Notes: a model not told the origin generated them from the sequence alone. Shown: positions 18,227-26,949, numbered from the stretch's first letter. The stretch: 64,000 nt of DNA from an uncultured Planctomycetaceae bacterium (GCA_964414585.1 CAYPXR010000093.1:10279-74278), one strand, 5' to 3'. Numbers and translations are program-made.

Positions 18227-18805
18227 ATGGACCTGACCGCCTCTCAAACCTCAACGACCCTCCTTCGACAGGTGGCCGAAGGCGTAAGTCCGGCGGCGGA
18301 AGCGATCTTCTACGATCGCTACAGCCGCATGGCCCGCACGGTCATCCTTGGTTCCGGCATCCGCGCCCAGGATTGCGACGATGTGGTACAGGAAGCGATG
18401 ATCGTCGCGGTCGAACGCCTCCGCGACGGCGGCTACCAGCGCGACAAGGGCGGCTTCAGGGCATGGTTCAAAGGCGTTCTGCGGCACAAAATCGCTCACG
18501 CCTGGCGCGACGCCTCCCGCACGGTGACCCCGGCGGCGAGCCTTCCGGACAAGGCCGACTCGGCCCCCACCCCCGCCGAAGCCTTCGAAGCCGTCTTCGA
18601 CGCCGAAGCGCAGGCCGTCGCCATCGAAGAAGCGTTGGATGAGATCAAGTCCGAAGTCGAGCCGACGACTTGGCAGGCGTTCGACCTGATCACGCGCAAG
18701 GGCTGGACGCCAAAAGAAGTAGCGCGACACCTAGGAAAAACCCGTAGCGCAATCGACCAGGCCCTCAAGCGCGTCAAGGATCGCCTGATCGACATGCTAA
18801 AGTAG
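18227..18805 (+). CDS. ECF-type RNA polymerase sigma factor
   Basis: Region 2-like DVVQEAMIVAVERL...FRAWFKGVLRHKIAHAWRD. Region 4 HTH TPKEVARHLGKTRSAIDQALKRVKDRL. Starts 18 nt after the kinase stop. No anti-sigma gene is adjacent. Confidence 0.8.
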   Translation: MDLTASQTSTTLLRQVAEGVSPAAEAIFYDRYSRMARTVILGSGIRAQDCDDVVQEAMIVAVERLRDGGYQRDKGGFRAWFKGVLRHKIAHAWRDASRTVTPAASLPDKADSAPTPAEAFEAVFDAEAQAVAIEEALDEIKSEVEPTTWQAFDLITRKGWTPKEVARHLGKTRSAIDQALKRVKDRLIDMLK

Positions 18806-18941
18806 CGGCCGCGCGCCCCCGCCGGCTCGCCGCACTTTCCACTGCTCCAAGAAAAAATCACCAGGAGAATTCGATTTCGCAAAAGAACCCCTTTGCCGGT
18901 GGGAACTGTTTGGAAAGAACACTTAGGAAAGGATCCCCAAA

Positions 18942-21002
18942 ATGCAATTCCCCCCGCGTAAAAATTATTTTTTGTTGAAAAACCTGTCTTTGCTTCTTAC
19001 TGGCTTGGTGGTCATCGGCGGGTGTCCCACTCAGCTTCCGGAGGGACTCACTCTACCTCCGAGTGAGGGACCCTATTCTGACACAACTCCAACTGGTGCA
19101 GATATCCAAATCGATGGAGTTGGCGGGGGCGGCTTCCCCAATTTGAAATTACCGTTTTCGAGTGGCGCGACATGGTCGGTGACGCGTGGATATAACACGC
19201 CACCAACCCATGTTAATGGCGATGTTTATGCGTTGGACTTCACAATCGGCGGATGTGATTCCTACGGCAAATCCATACTTGCTGCTGCTGGCGGCGTGGC
19301 GCGAATCAGACCGGAACCCTCCGATAGAAACTTCTGTGGATCGGGCAGCTACGGCTCCTATGTCTCGATCGATCACGGCGGTGGCTACACTACTCTTTAC
19401 GCGCACTTGTTATCGATTTCTGTTTCGGACGGCGCGCGCGTCGTCCAGGGACAGGAAGTTGGAAAATGTGGCAACTCAGGAGGCACCTGCGGCATCGCGT
19501 GCTCTGAACATCCCGGCACGCACTTGCATTTCCGGCTACAGTATTTCGATGGTTCAACAGTTACGGCGATCAAACCCGAGCCCATGTCCGGCTATCAAAC
19601 ATTCACGACCGGTCAACTTTATACCTCGGATAATGCGTTCACGCCTACACCTGCGGAAAACTACACGATAAAAACGAGTACGTCCCCGGCCGTTGGGGGC
19701 ACGACCAACGGCAACGGATCCTACGCAAGCGGTTCAACGCGAACCGTAATTGCAACGCCCAACGCGAATTACGCCTTCGTGAATTGGACAGAAGGCGGGA
19801 GCCCGGTCAGCACGTCGGCCAGCTATCATTTCACGCTCAACTCTAACCGAACTCTCGTCGCGAATTTCGCGCAGATCTCAATTTCAGGCAACTGGACTGC
19901 CGTAGGCGGGGGCCTGAATAGTCCAACGGTTTACGCGCTAAGTGCTGATAATAGCGGTGCTCTGATGGCCGCTGGTTGGCCCAATCCCTCGACGGCCACC
20001 CGAATCGCTCGGTTCAACGGAGCGACTTGGAGTGCGCTTGATGGAAGCAACTCGTGGGGCGGCGTCTTTGCGACCGCAAACTATTATGTTGCCGAGGACT
20101 CCGCAATGGAACTCTTTGCTGGCGGCTGGCTGTCGCTTGACCCCTCATGTGGCGGCGGGGCGCAGCAACCAGTCTCGGTTTGTCGACTGCGTTCGTGCTC
20201 CGGCAGCAAGTGGGACTGGCTCCCCAACGGGTGCGCTGGCGGCGGCGTGAACGCTGGTAACTGTAGCAATTACGGAACGGTCCAAGCGCTGTTGAACATG
20301 GGACAGAAGCTCATAATCGCCGGTCAATTTGACCGGGCCGGGAGCAACGCCTCTGCCAGAAACATCGTCCAATGGGATGGCACAAATACCTACGCGCCGA
20401 GTTCTTGGTCTGCTCTCGGTAGCGGACTCGGTGATGGAACCGATGACAAGATTTGGGCCCTAGTACCGTATAACGGCCAGGTGCACGCCGGCGGCAAGTT
20501 CGTGCGCAGTGGTGATGGCCAAACGGTCCTAAACAACATTGCGCGTTGGGACGGCAGCACGTGGCGCCCGCTCATTGATGGCGGCCTGATCGGATTGGAC
20601 GGCAACATAAACTCCATGACCTCATATGGCGGAATGCTCGTTGCAGCAGGCAACTTTGCCCACGCGGGACCTGCTACAACTAACAAAGGGGTGGCCATGT
20701 GGAATGGAAGCGCCTGGCAACCGTTGGACGCAGGATGGGGCGATGGATCGAATGACAAGGCGGCGTACCTCGGGGTGTTCCAAGGTCACTTCGTTGCAGG
20801 CGGAGTCCGACAGGGCGGGTCCATGGCATACATCGTCGCCCAGTGGAACGGCTCCTCCTGGGTCCAGATGGGGCCTAAGCTCAATGGTCTTCCACTTTGC
20901 TTTTTCGAACTCAACGGTGCCTTGTACGTCGGCGGACAATTCACCAGCGCGGAAGATGGCACGACTCTCAACCACATCGCCAAGTGGACACCGTCGCCTT
21001 AA
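18942..21002 (+). CDS. lipoprotein with M23 (LytM) peptidase domain, InlB-B-repeat-like domain and C-terminal beta-propeller-like repeats
   Basis: Lipobox LVVIGGC. M23 motifs YALDF, IDHGGGYTTLYAHL and GTHLHFRL. YTIKTSTSPAVGGTTNGNGSY...ANYAFVNWTEGG...TLVANF resembles the divergent InlB B-repeat. Repeated W(D/N)G..W..L units follow. Confidence 0.8.
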   Translation: MQFPPRKNYFLLKNLSLLLTGLVVIGGCPTQLPEGLTLPPSEGPYSDTTPTGADIQIDGVGGGGFPNLKLPFSSGATWSVTRGYNTPPTHVNGDVYALDFTIGGCDSYGKSILAAAGGVARIRPEPSDRNFCGSGSYGSYVSIDHGGGYTTLYAHLLSISVSDGARVVQGQEVGKCGNSGGTCGIACSEHPGTHLHFRLQYFDGSTVTAIKPEPMSGYQTFTTGQLYTSDNAFTPTPAENYTIKTSTSPAVGGTTNGNGSYASGSTRTVIATPNANYAFVNWTEGGSPVSTSASYHFTLNSNRTLVANFAQISISGNWTAVGGGLNSPTVYALSADNSGALMAAGWPNPSTATRIARFNGATWSALDGSNSWGGVFATANYYVAEDSAMELFAGGWLSLDPSCGGGAQQPVSVCRLRSCSGSKWDWLPNGCAGGGVNAGNCSNYGTVQALLNMGQKLIIAGQFDRAGSNASARNIVQWDGTNTYAPSSWSALGSGLGDGTDDKIWALVPYNGQVHAGGKFVRSGDGQTVLNNIARWDGSTWRPLIDGGLIGLDGNINSMTSYGGMLVAAGNFAHAGPATTNKGVAMWNGSAWQPLDAGWGDGSNDKAAYLGVFQGHFVAGGVRQGGSMAYIVAQWNGSSWVQMGPKLNGLPLCFFELNGALYVGGQFTSAEDGTTLNHIAKWTPSP

Positions 21003-21158
21003 ATCAAGTTTGATACCCAGACCCAACTGCGAACCGCTTTGCGGCATCTGCCTCGTTCCCGCGGGCTTCGCAACAGCGATCGGCCTCATCAGCATGAAAT
21101 CGAGCATCCGCCGCCGCAATAGAGATTTGAGCCGTGAACGACAAATCAGGAGGAGCCA

Positions 21159-21668
21159 ATGATCTGTCAAAAATGCGAAAAAGAAATCGCTCCCGATTCG
21201 TTTTTCTGCCAATGGTGCGGGTCATTCCTGTCTGACCCCGGACGCGGAAAGAAGGCGAGCCTTTTTCGGCGATGGCTGGCATTGACGATTGACCCCCTCC
21301 TGGCCGTGCTCATGTATTTCGCGGCAATGCTGCTTTCGACCCTTCTCGGAAACGCGGCAGCCGGAGAATCCGGCGCGGGCTCGACAGGATTCTTGATGGT
21401 GGTTCTTTTTCCCATTATCTATTTCCTCTGGTTTCTCACTTTGCTCCCGAAAGGCCTCACCCCTGGTAAAAAACTGCTGGGCTTGCGAGTCATCGATCAT
21501 CAGACAGGTGCGGTGCCGGGTTTCGGACGGATGTTCATTCGTGAAATCCCCGGTCGCATTCTAAGCGGTCTCTTTCTCTCTCTTGGGTATTTCTGGGCAC
21601 TTTGGGATAAGAATGCCCAGGCTTGGCATGACAAGCTCGCCGGCACAGTCGTCGTCAAGACACTATGA
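21159..21668 (+). CDS. RDD-family membrane protein with N-terminal zinc ribbon
   Basis: CQKCEKEIAPDSFFCQWCG (CxxC-x11-CxxC), then RRWLALTIDPLL..., TM segments and WHDKLAGTVVV, typical of RDD domains. Confidence 0.7.
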   Translation: MICQKCEKEIAPDSFFCQWCGSFLSDPGRGKKASLFRRWLALTIDPLLAVLMYFAAMLLSTLLGNAAAGESGAGSTGFLMVVLFPIIYFLWFLTLLPKGLTPGKKLLGLRVIDHQTGAVPGFGRMFIREIPGRILSGLFLSLGYFWALWDKNAQAWHDKLAGTVVVKTL

Positions 21669-21688
21669 GGATAAGGAGAGAATACACG

Positions 21689-22222
21689 ATGGGAAAATTA
21701 CCGCGGTTTGTTCGCATCGCCAGTCAATTTACGGCAATGCTTATGGGCGTCGTCGGCTGCTCTCAACCCGAACCGGTCGGTGCGGGCGGCGTGGTCTCCG
21801 TCGTACAGCAGAAGTGCATCGAGACGGCCTGCGAGCGCGCCATGCAGGAAGCCTCGCTGGGTTCGGATCGCCTCGCCAAGCGGCGTGTTTACATGCGTTT
21901 TGATGGAAACACCACCACCGATCCCGGCGCGGATCGCGCCTGCGAAACGGTCAAGAGCCGAATTCGCAAGACTGCTGCCCTTGTGGTGGACGACGCCTCA
22001 GCCGCCGACGAATCGGTCACCTTCCGCGTTCAGCGCGCTGGTGTCGACGTAGCGCACAGCAGTATTTTCGGTTTCTCGAAGGTCACCACGACCGCCGAGG
22101 TCAAAATCGGCCTCACTTTCCAGAAGAACGGCGGTTCCCCTATCGAAAAAGACGGAATCGGCGTTGCCCGCCACAAGCTCTCAAAGTGGATCGGAATCCC
22201 CATCGGCGAAAAGTGGGAATAA
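21689..22222 (+). CDS. hypothetical lipoprotein
   Basis: AAGGAGAG 8 nt before ATG 21689. MGKLPRFVRIASQFTAMLMGVVGC lipobox. No family recognised. Confidence 0.5.
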   Translation: MGKLPRFVRIASQFTAMLMGVVGCSQPEPVGAGGVVSVVQQKCIETACERAMQEASLGSDRLAKRRVYMRFDGNTTTDPGADRACETVKSRIRKTAALVVDDASAADESVTFRVQRAGVDVAHSSIFGFSKVTTTAEVKIGLTFQKNGGSPIEKDGIGVARHKLSKWIGIPIGEKWE

Positions 22223-22245
22223 TGTCGGTATAGCGTGTTTGTCGC

Positions 22246-23493
22246 TTACTTCGGCTTGTTCTGCTTCCACCAGAGCCGCCATGCATTCTCGTCGAAGCCG
22301 AAGTTCTGGCCGGTGATCTTAATGAGCGCTTCCTGGACCTCCGTGCGGTAGATCGAGACCAGGTGAACCTCCGTCCAGTAGGTGGTGCCAATCAGCGAGC
22401 CGGGCCCCAGGCAACCGATGCCGTCGGGCTGATACCAGAGGAAATCTCCGCCGCATCGGTATCGGGCACATCCGCCAAACGCGTACCGAATGTCGTCGAG
22501 ATAGACCGGCCCGGAGACCACGACGCTTTTCCGGGTCTCGATGGAGAGCTTACCGATGAGATCGTCGACGGCGTCTACGGCCTTGAGCAGCCCCAGCGCT
22601 GTCGCGGCATTGCGAAGCACGGGCTCTTCGCCGCCGAGAAGGGCGTCGCGGAGCGTCTCCACAATTCGCGGGTCCTTTCGCCCGACGAGTTCGACCGTGG
22701 CGGCCTGGCGGATGACGGCCGAAGGATCCAGCAGCGCGGCGACGACGATATTCATCGTCGCCTCGTCCTCTTTGAACTGCGCGAGCGATTCGATCATCAA
22801 ACGCCGCACCAGTTCCGTGCCGGTGCTGAGAATGCTGGTGATGGCGGGGATGGCCAGCGGCTCGCGAATCGCAAGGATCTGCTCGCGGCCGTCGAGAAAG
22901 CGCTTGGACGTCGGGTCGCTCTCACCGTCCAGTCGGCCGCGGAATATCGCCTTGACCTGCACGAACCACTCGGTCACGACTTTGCGAACCTTGTCGTTGG
23001 CTGCCTTGGCCTGTTTCTTCGCCTGTTTCGCGGCGGGATCGACCGGCGGCCGCTTCGACGGCTTGACCCATTGTCCGTTTTCATGGACGAACCCCAGCGC
23101 GGCGCGGGCGCCGGCATGGTCTGGATCGAGCTTAATCGTCTCGCGAAGGTGCTCTAGTTCCTCGGTTCGCAGGCCGTTCTTCGCGCACCATTGCGCCAAG
23201 GCGAACTGGTCGGCGGCCGTTTGCTTGTACTTCCGTTTTTCGTGCTGGTATCGATCCCACGGCGACGGCGCCGCCACCTGACGTTCAATCTGCGTGCGTT
23301 CGATGTCGACGGTACCGATGGGAGTTCGAATCCTCAGTGTATCTCCATGATCGGCGAGCACCTCCCCTTCGATCTCGCCGCCGCCCTTGAGAATGAAGAG
23401 ATCGCCGCGCGCAAGGGGAGCGGATGCCGAAAGGAGCAAAGTTCCGAAGGCTCCCCAACAGAACCCATTAAGCAGCATCCGCGACATCGTCAC
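22246..23493 (-). CDS. secreted HEAT-repeat protein
   Basis: Signal peptide ...LLLSASAPLARG. HEAT/PBS-lyase-like repeats (DPSAVIRQAATVELVGRKDPRIVETLRDALLGGEEPVLRNAATALGLL). Confidence 0.65.
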   Translation of the reverse strand: MTMSRMLLNGFCWGAFGTLLLSASAPLARGDLFILKGGGEIEGEVLADHGDTLRIRTPIGTVDIERTQIERQVAAPSPWDRYQHEKRKYKQTAADQFALAQWCAKNGLRTEELEHLRETIKLDPDHAGARAALGFVHENGQWVKPSKRPPVDPAAKQAKKQAKAANDKVRKVVTEWFVQVKAIFRGRLDGESDPTSKRFLDGREQILAIREPLAIPAITSILSTGTELVRRLMIESLAQFKEDEATMNIVVAALLDPSAVIRQAATVELVGRKDPRIVETLRDALLGGEEPVLRNAATALGLLKAVDAVDDLIGKLSIETRKSVVVSGPVYLDDIRYAFGGCARYRCGGDFLWYQPDGIGCLGPGSLIGTTYWTEVHLVSIYRTEVQEALIKITGQNFGFDENAWRLWWKQNKPK

Positions 23494-23524
23494 TAATTAT
23501 ATGACTGACAGGGCAGCAGGGGGG

Positions 23525-24985
23525 TTAGGTCCCTCGGGTGTCTTTTCCGCGATGGCCGATCCACAAATAGGTCATCAGTACGGTTCCGAGGATGCCGAAA
23601 GGAAGCATCGAGGCAAACCAAACAGTGGGGTTCATCACCGTATGAGGGGCCGACGTCGCCGTGTTGGCGGGAGCCGACGATGCAACGGAACGGATGATGG
23701 CGAAATGATCCAGGAGCGTCCCCAGGCCGTAGCCGGATATCAAAGCCCCGTAGTACTGAAAGGAATCGATAATTCCCGATGAGCAACCGGCCATTTTTCG
23801 CCCGCCCAGATCCATCGCCGCCGCCGTCCCCAGGATGGAGTGCGTTGAATTGCACATCATGCTCATGAGGATAATGACGCCGACCGCCAGCCAGGCGGCG
23901 GATGCCGATCCATGGCTTGGCAGAAAAATTGCAACCAGCGTCAAGACGGCCTGAGCGCAATATAACACGGCGGCGACGGGAGCGCGCCGGCCCTTGAACC
24001 ACAAGTCCGAAATATAGCCCGAAGCCATCGAGCCCACCGTGGCCGTCACCGGTAGACCGATGACCAGTGCCGTGAAAAGCCACGAGGTTCGATCCGCGCC
24101 CCAGACCTCCTTTAGATATACGGCAAACCAGGATTCAATCGCGCGCCGCACAAAACCCGTGCAAAAATAAGCGCCGGCGACAATCCACACCACGGGATTG
24201 GAGGAAATCTTCCGCCATACGTCTCGGAGTCGGATTTTTTCGTTGGGATCGCCCGGAGAATCATCGTCATGCTCGATGTGATATCCCGCTTCCTCGGGAT
24301 TGTTTTTCACCGTCAGGTTCATCAGCACGATGATGATGGCGACGACCATCGGCGGAATGAAAAACATGTATCGCCAGTCCAGCTTCGGAATGGTGATTGT
24401 TGCAATCAGGAGCGGAATGGCGACGCCCGTCGCCAGAATCGTTCCGAGTTGCCCCGCACCGATCGCCCCGAGGTTGATCATCGCCCCGAAAATCCCGGCA
24501 AACGCGCCACGTTCGCGTCGGCGAAACCAGGCGGTGTTAATCTTGATCATGCCGGGCGCGCCGAAGGCCTGCATGTATCCATCAGCGGAGCGAATGAGCA
24601 CCAGGACCGGGAGTAGTAAGGTGATACTCGACCAGGTGGTGAATCCAAACGCCAGGTTAAGGATGATCGTCGAGACCGCACCGATGGTCATCGCCTTCTT
24701 TCCGCCCAGGCGGTCGGTAAAGAGGCCGTTGATCATCTGACCGACGGCATAGGCGCCATCTCGTCCCGAGTTGATCAGGCCATATTGAGCATTGCTCAGT
24801 CCCAGCCCCGCTTTGACCTCGTTGGCGATCGGGCTCAGGTTGTAGCGACACAAGTAATACGATGCGTACGTGAGACCGAGGAAGAACCAGTTTCGCCCTC
24901 GGCGTCGTCGAAATCCCGGCGGGTTCTTGTATTGTTCAGAGGTTGAGAAGCTCGTCGTGGCAGGCTGCGACATCATGACCACCAT
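23525..24985 (-). CDS. MFS transporter, organophosphate:Pi antiporter (GlpT/UhpC-like) family
   Basis: LGLTYASYYLCRYNLSPIANEV...GQMINGLFTDRLGGKK and about 12 TM segments. Start uncertain (Met at 24985, 24976 or 24973). ORF-track start 25099 would leave only 26 bp to the divergent fdx. Confidence 0.8.
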   Translation of the reverse strand: MVVMMSQPATTSFSTSEQYKNPPGFRRRRGRNWFFLGLTYASYYLCRYNLSPIANEVKAGLGLSNAQYGLINSGRDGAYAVGQMINGLFTDRLGGKKAMTIGAVSTIILNLAFGFTTWSSITLLLPVLVLIRSADGYMQAFGAPGMIKINTAWFRRRERGAFAGIFGAMINLGAIGAGQLGTILATGVAIPLLIATITIPKLDWRYMFFIPPMVVAIIIVLMNLTVKNNPEEAGYHIEHDDDSPGDPNEKIRLRDVWRKISSNPVVWIVAGAYFCTGFVRRAIESWFAVYLKEVWGADRTSWLFTALVIGLPVTATVGSMASGYISDLWFKGRRAPVAAVLYCAQAVLTLVAIFLPSHGSASAAWLAVGVIILMSMMCNSTHSILGTAAAMDLGGRKMAGCSSGIIDSFQYYGALISGYGLGTLLDHFAIIRSVASSAPANTATSAPHTVMNPTVWFASMLPFGILGTVLMTYLWIGHRGKDTRGT

Positions 24986-25125
24986 GAGGCGACCGTGACA
25001 GTCGCCGGAAACAAGAACGGGATGGTATAACGGCATCGTCGGATGCTGGCAATCGCATTTGCCGTCCATCGTTGCGATCGGCACGGTCGCCGTTATCATC
25101 TTCTTAACAAATCACAAGGTGAAAC

Positions 25126-25506
25126 ATGCCCGCGTTTGAGAAACACGTCTTCGTCTGCACCAACACCCGCGCGGAGGGGCATGTGCGAGGTTGTTGTTCG
25201 GCCAAAGACTCCGTCGCCATCCGCGAGCGGCTCAAGGAACTCGTCGAACAACGCGGCCTCAAGCGAAGGATCCGCGTGAACACTGCCGGTTGCCTCGATC
25301 AGTGCGAGCACGGCACGACGATCGTCGTTTATCCCGAGGCCGTCTGGTACGGCTTCGTGAAGATGGAGGACGTGGACGAAATCCTCGACTCCCACCTCGT
25401 CGGCAACAAGCCCGTCGAGCGACTTCGCCTTCCGCCGGAGTGCATCAACACGGAGCGTTGCCGCCACAAAGGCGGCGGGGCGGTGCAACTCGGTCTCTCA
25501 GGTTAG
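25126..25506 (+). CDS. thioredoxin-like [2Fe-2S] ferredoxin
   Basis: HVFVCTN...RGCC...AGCLDQCEHGTTIVVYPEAVWYG matches the (2Fe-2S) ferredoxin / NuoE-like fold pattern. 126 aa. Confidence 0.85.
   Translation: MPAFEKHVFVCTNTRAEGHVRGCCSAKDSVAIRERLKELVEQRGLKRRIRVNTAGCLDQCEHGTTIVVYPEAVWYGFVKMEDVDEILDSHLVGNKPVERLRLPPECINTERCRHKGGGAVQLGLSG
25308..25506 (+). repeat. direct repeat copy 1 (3' part of ferredoxin gene)
   Basis: Aligns with 26751..26949 at a constant offset of 1443 bp. 3 mismatches in the first 168 nt by hand alignment. The last ~30 nt are diverged. Confidence 0.85.
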
Positions 25507-25518
25507 CCCTTCTTAAGG

Positions 25519-25968
25519 ATGTCTCGAACTTTCATTCGCCGCCACAAGTTTCACGTTATCCTAGTGGTGTTCGCAATACTAATCGCGTTTGCCTGGATCG
25601 CGAGTTTGGGCCGTCGAATTGGTACTTCGTCGATATTCCTTTATGATGGATTTGTCATGGCGTACTGGAACCCGAATGATATATGGTTCCAAGTAGCGCC
25701 ACAGCGGAAACATGGACTCGACGGGCCCCGCGCGATCCTCCTGATCAATCCTGGAGGAGTGAATCAAGTCTCACTGGTCCTGCCGTGCTGGTTTCTAATA
25801 TTGCTGATTAACTTAGCGATTGTATCGTCGCATTTTTTGGCGAGGCGAATACCCATGCCAGGAAAGTGTAAGCGGTGGGGGTACGATCTCACCGCTAATA
25901 CGAGCGGACGATGCCCGGAGTGCGGAAAGACGGTTCAAGTCTTGGATGAATGCGTCGGCCCAAAATGA
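25519..25968 (+). CDS. hypothetical membrane protein with degenerate C-terminal zinc-ribbon tail
   Basis: Two or three TM helices. Tail GKCKRWGYDLTANTSGRCPECGKTV resembles the CxxCGYDL-x(n)-CPxCG motif, but the second Cys is replaced by Trp. Lower GC than the flanks. Confidence 0.5.
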   Translation: MSRTFIRRHKFHVILVVFAILIAFAWIASLGRRIGTSSIFLYDGFVMAYWNPNDIWFQVAPQRKHGLDGPRAILLINPGGVNQVSLVLPCWFLILLINLAIVSSHFLARRIPMPGKCKRWGYDLTANTSGRCPECGKTVQVLDECVGPK

Positions 25969-26174
25969 TCTCGTGTCGCCGGATTCAATCCATGTCCTAT
26001 CTCGTAGCGGCGAAGTTCTTCGAAAAGCTGGTTGGTATAGGTCCGCAAAGAGCTACGAGAGGCGGCAGCGCCCGCGGATTCGTCGTCTTGTGCTTCGAGA
26101 CGGACCAGCATTCGCCGCGCGCCTTCGAGCTTGGAGCATGTCAGTTCGTATTCTTCGGCGGATGAAATGCTCAT
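25935..26174 (-). CDS. small helical protein, partner of the upstream nucleotidyltransferase-fold protein
   Basis: 79 aa. ATGA overlap with 26171..26578. Contains RYEIGH (R-x4-H). No family recognised. Confidence 0.45.
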   Translation of the reverse strand: MSISSAEEYELTCSKLEGARRMLVRLEAQDDESAGAAASRSSLRTYTNQLFEELRRYEIGHGLNPATRDHFGPTHSSKT

Positions 26175-26578
26175 AGCTGCAACTCCACTAAACCGCGAGG
26201 GCGACCCTTGCGGTCCGTCATGAATTCTAGCCGAAGGAACTCTTCCAAGTCATCATTTTCCCTAAAAAGAATTGACTGAACAAAAGGGATTCCCTCCTCG
26301 ATCACCCTCGCTGCCGCCGGGTCGCATGGATAGTCCGGGGCCAATAACAACACGCAATCGACATCGTTGGGTTCGGGTTTGTCGTCCACGAAACTACCGT
26401 CGATGATGAAACGAAGTGTTCCCATTCGTCGTGCCGCGTCGATTGCCCAGCCCAGTGATTCGGCTATGGCGCTTCGCGTTGCCGTGCTGGAACCAAACCG
26501 TTCCATCACCTCTTCGAGGGTCGCATGGTGTATCCCGGGAGGAAGCAAACCTTCCTCTGAAAAAGGCGGAATTGCCAT
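26171..26578 (-). CDS. minimal nucleotidyltransferase (Pol-beta superfamily)-like protein
   Basis: IDGSFVDDKPEPNDVDCVLL fits the GS-x(10-12)-DxD NTase signature. 135 aa, lower-GC patch. Confidence 0.55.
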   Translation of the reverse strand: MAIPPFSEEGLLPPGIHHATLEEVMERFGSSTATRSAIAESLGWAIDAARRMGTLRFIIDGSFVDDKPEPNDVDCVLLLAPDYPCDPAAARVIEEGIPFVQSILFRENDDLEEFLRLEFMTDRKGRPRGLVELQL

Positions 26579-26688
26579 GTTGGAACTCTACTCTTCGCCT
26601 GAACGGGCTGCAAAGTGTAAATTGCTAACCGTTCTCGCGGTCCAGGCCAGGGCAAGGACCCAAGTCCGAACCAAGCAAGGATTATGAC

Positions 26689-26949
26689 ATGCTCGACCCC
26701 CGTATCACCAAACTCGCCGATGTGCTCGTCAACTACTCCTGCGCCGTCAGGCACGGCACGACGATCGTCGTTTATCTCGAGGCCGTCTGGTACGGCTTCG
26801 TGAAGTTGGAGGATGTGGACGAAATCCTCGACTCCCACCTCGTCGGCAACAAGCCCGTCGAGCGACTTCGCCTTCCGCCGGAGTGCATCAACACGGAGCG
26901 TTGCCGCCACAAAGGCGGGGGAACGGTGCAGATCGGGCTGGGGCGCTGA
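26689..26949 (+). pseudogene. chimeric ORF: 20 codons of M29 aminopeptidase start fused to ferredoxin C-terminal half
   Basis: MLDPRITKLADVLVNYSCAV is identical to aa 1-20 of 29364..30482. HGTTIVVYLEAVWYGFVKLEDVDEILDSHLVGNKPVERLRLPPECINTERCRHKGGG is almost identical to the ferredoxin C-terminus. It lacks all Fe-S Cys ligands. Confidence 0.7.
26751..26949 (+). repeat. direct repeat copy 2 (ferredoxin 3' part)
   Basis: See 25308..25506. Confidence 0.85.

Noticed and set aside
23324-23333. GTTCGAATCC, a tRNA T-loop-like string
   Set aside because: It lies inside the HEAT-repeat CDS. The flanks do not form a T-stem or acceptor stem. I found no tRNA cloverleaf anywhere in the window.
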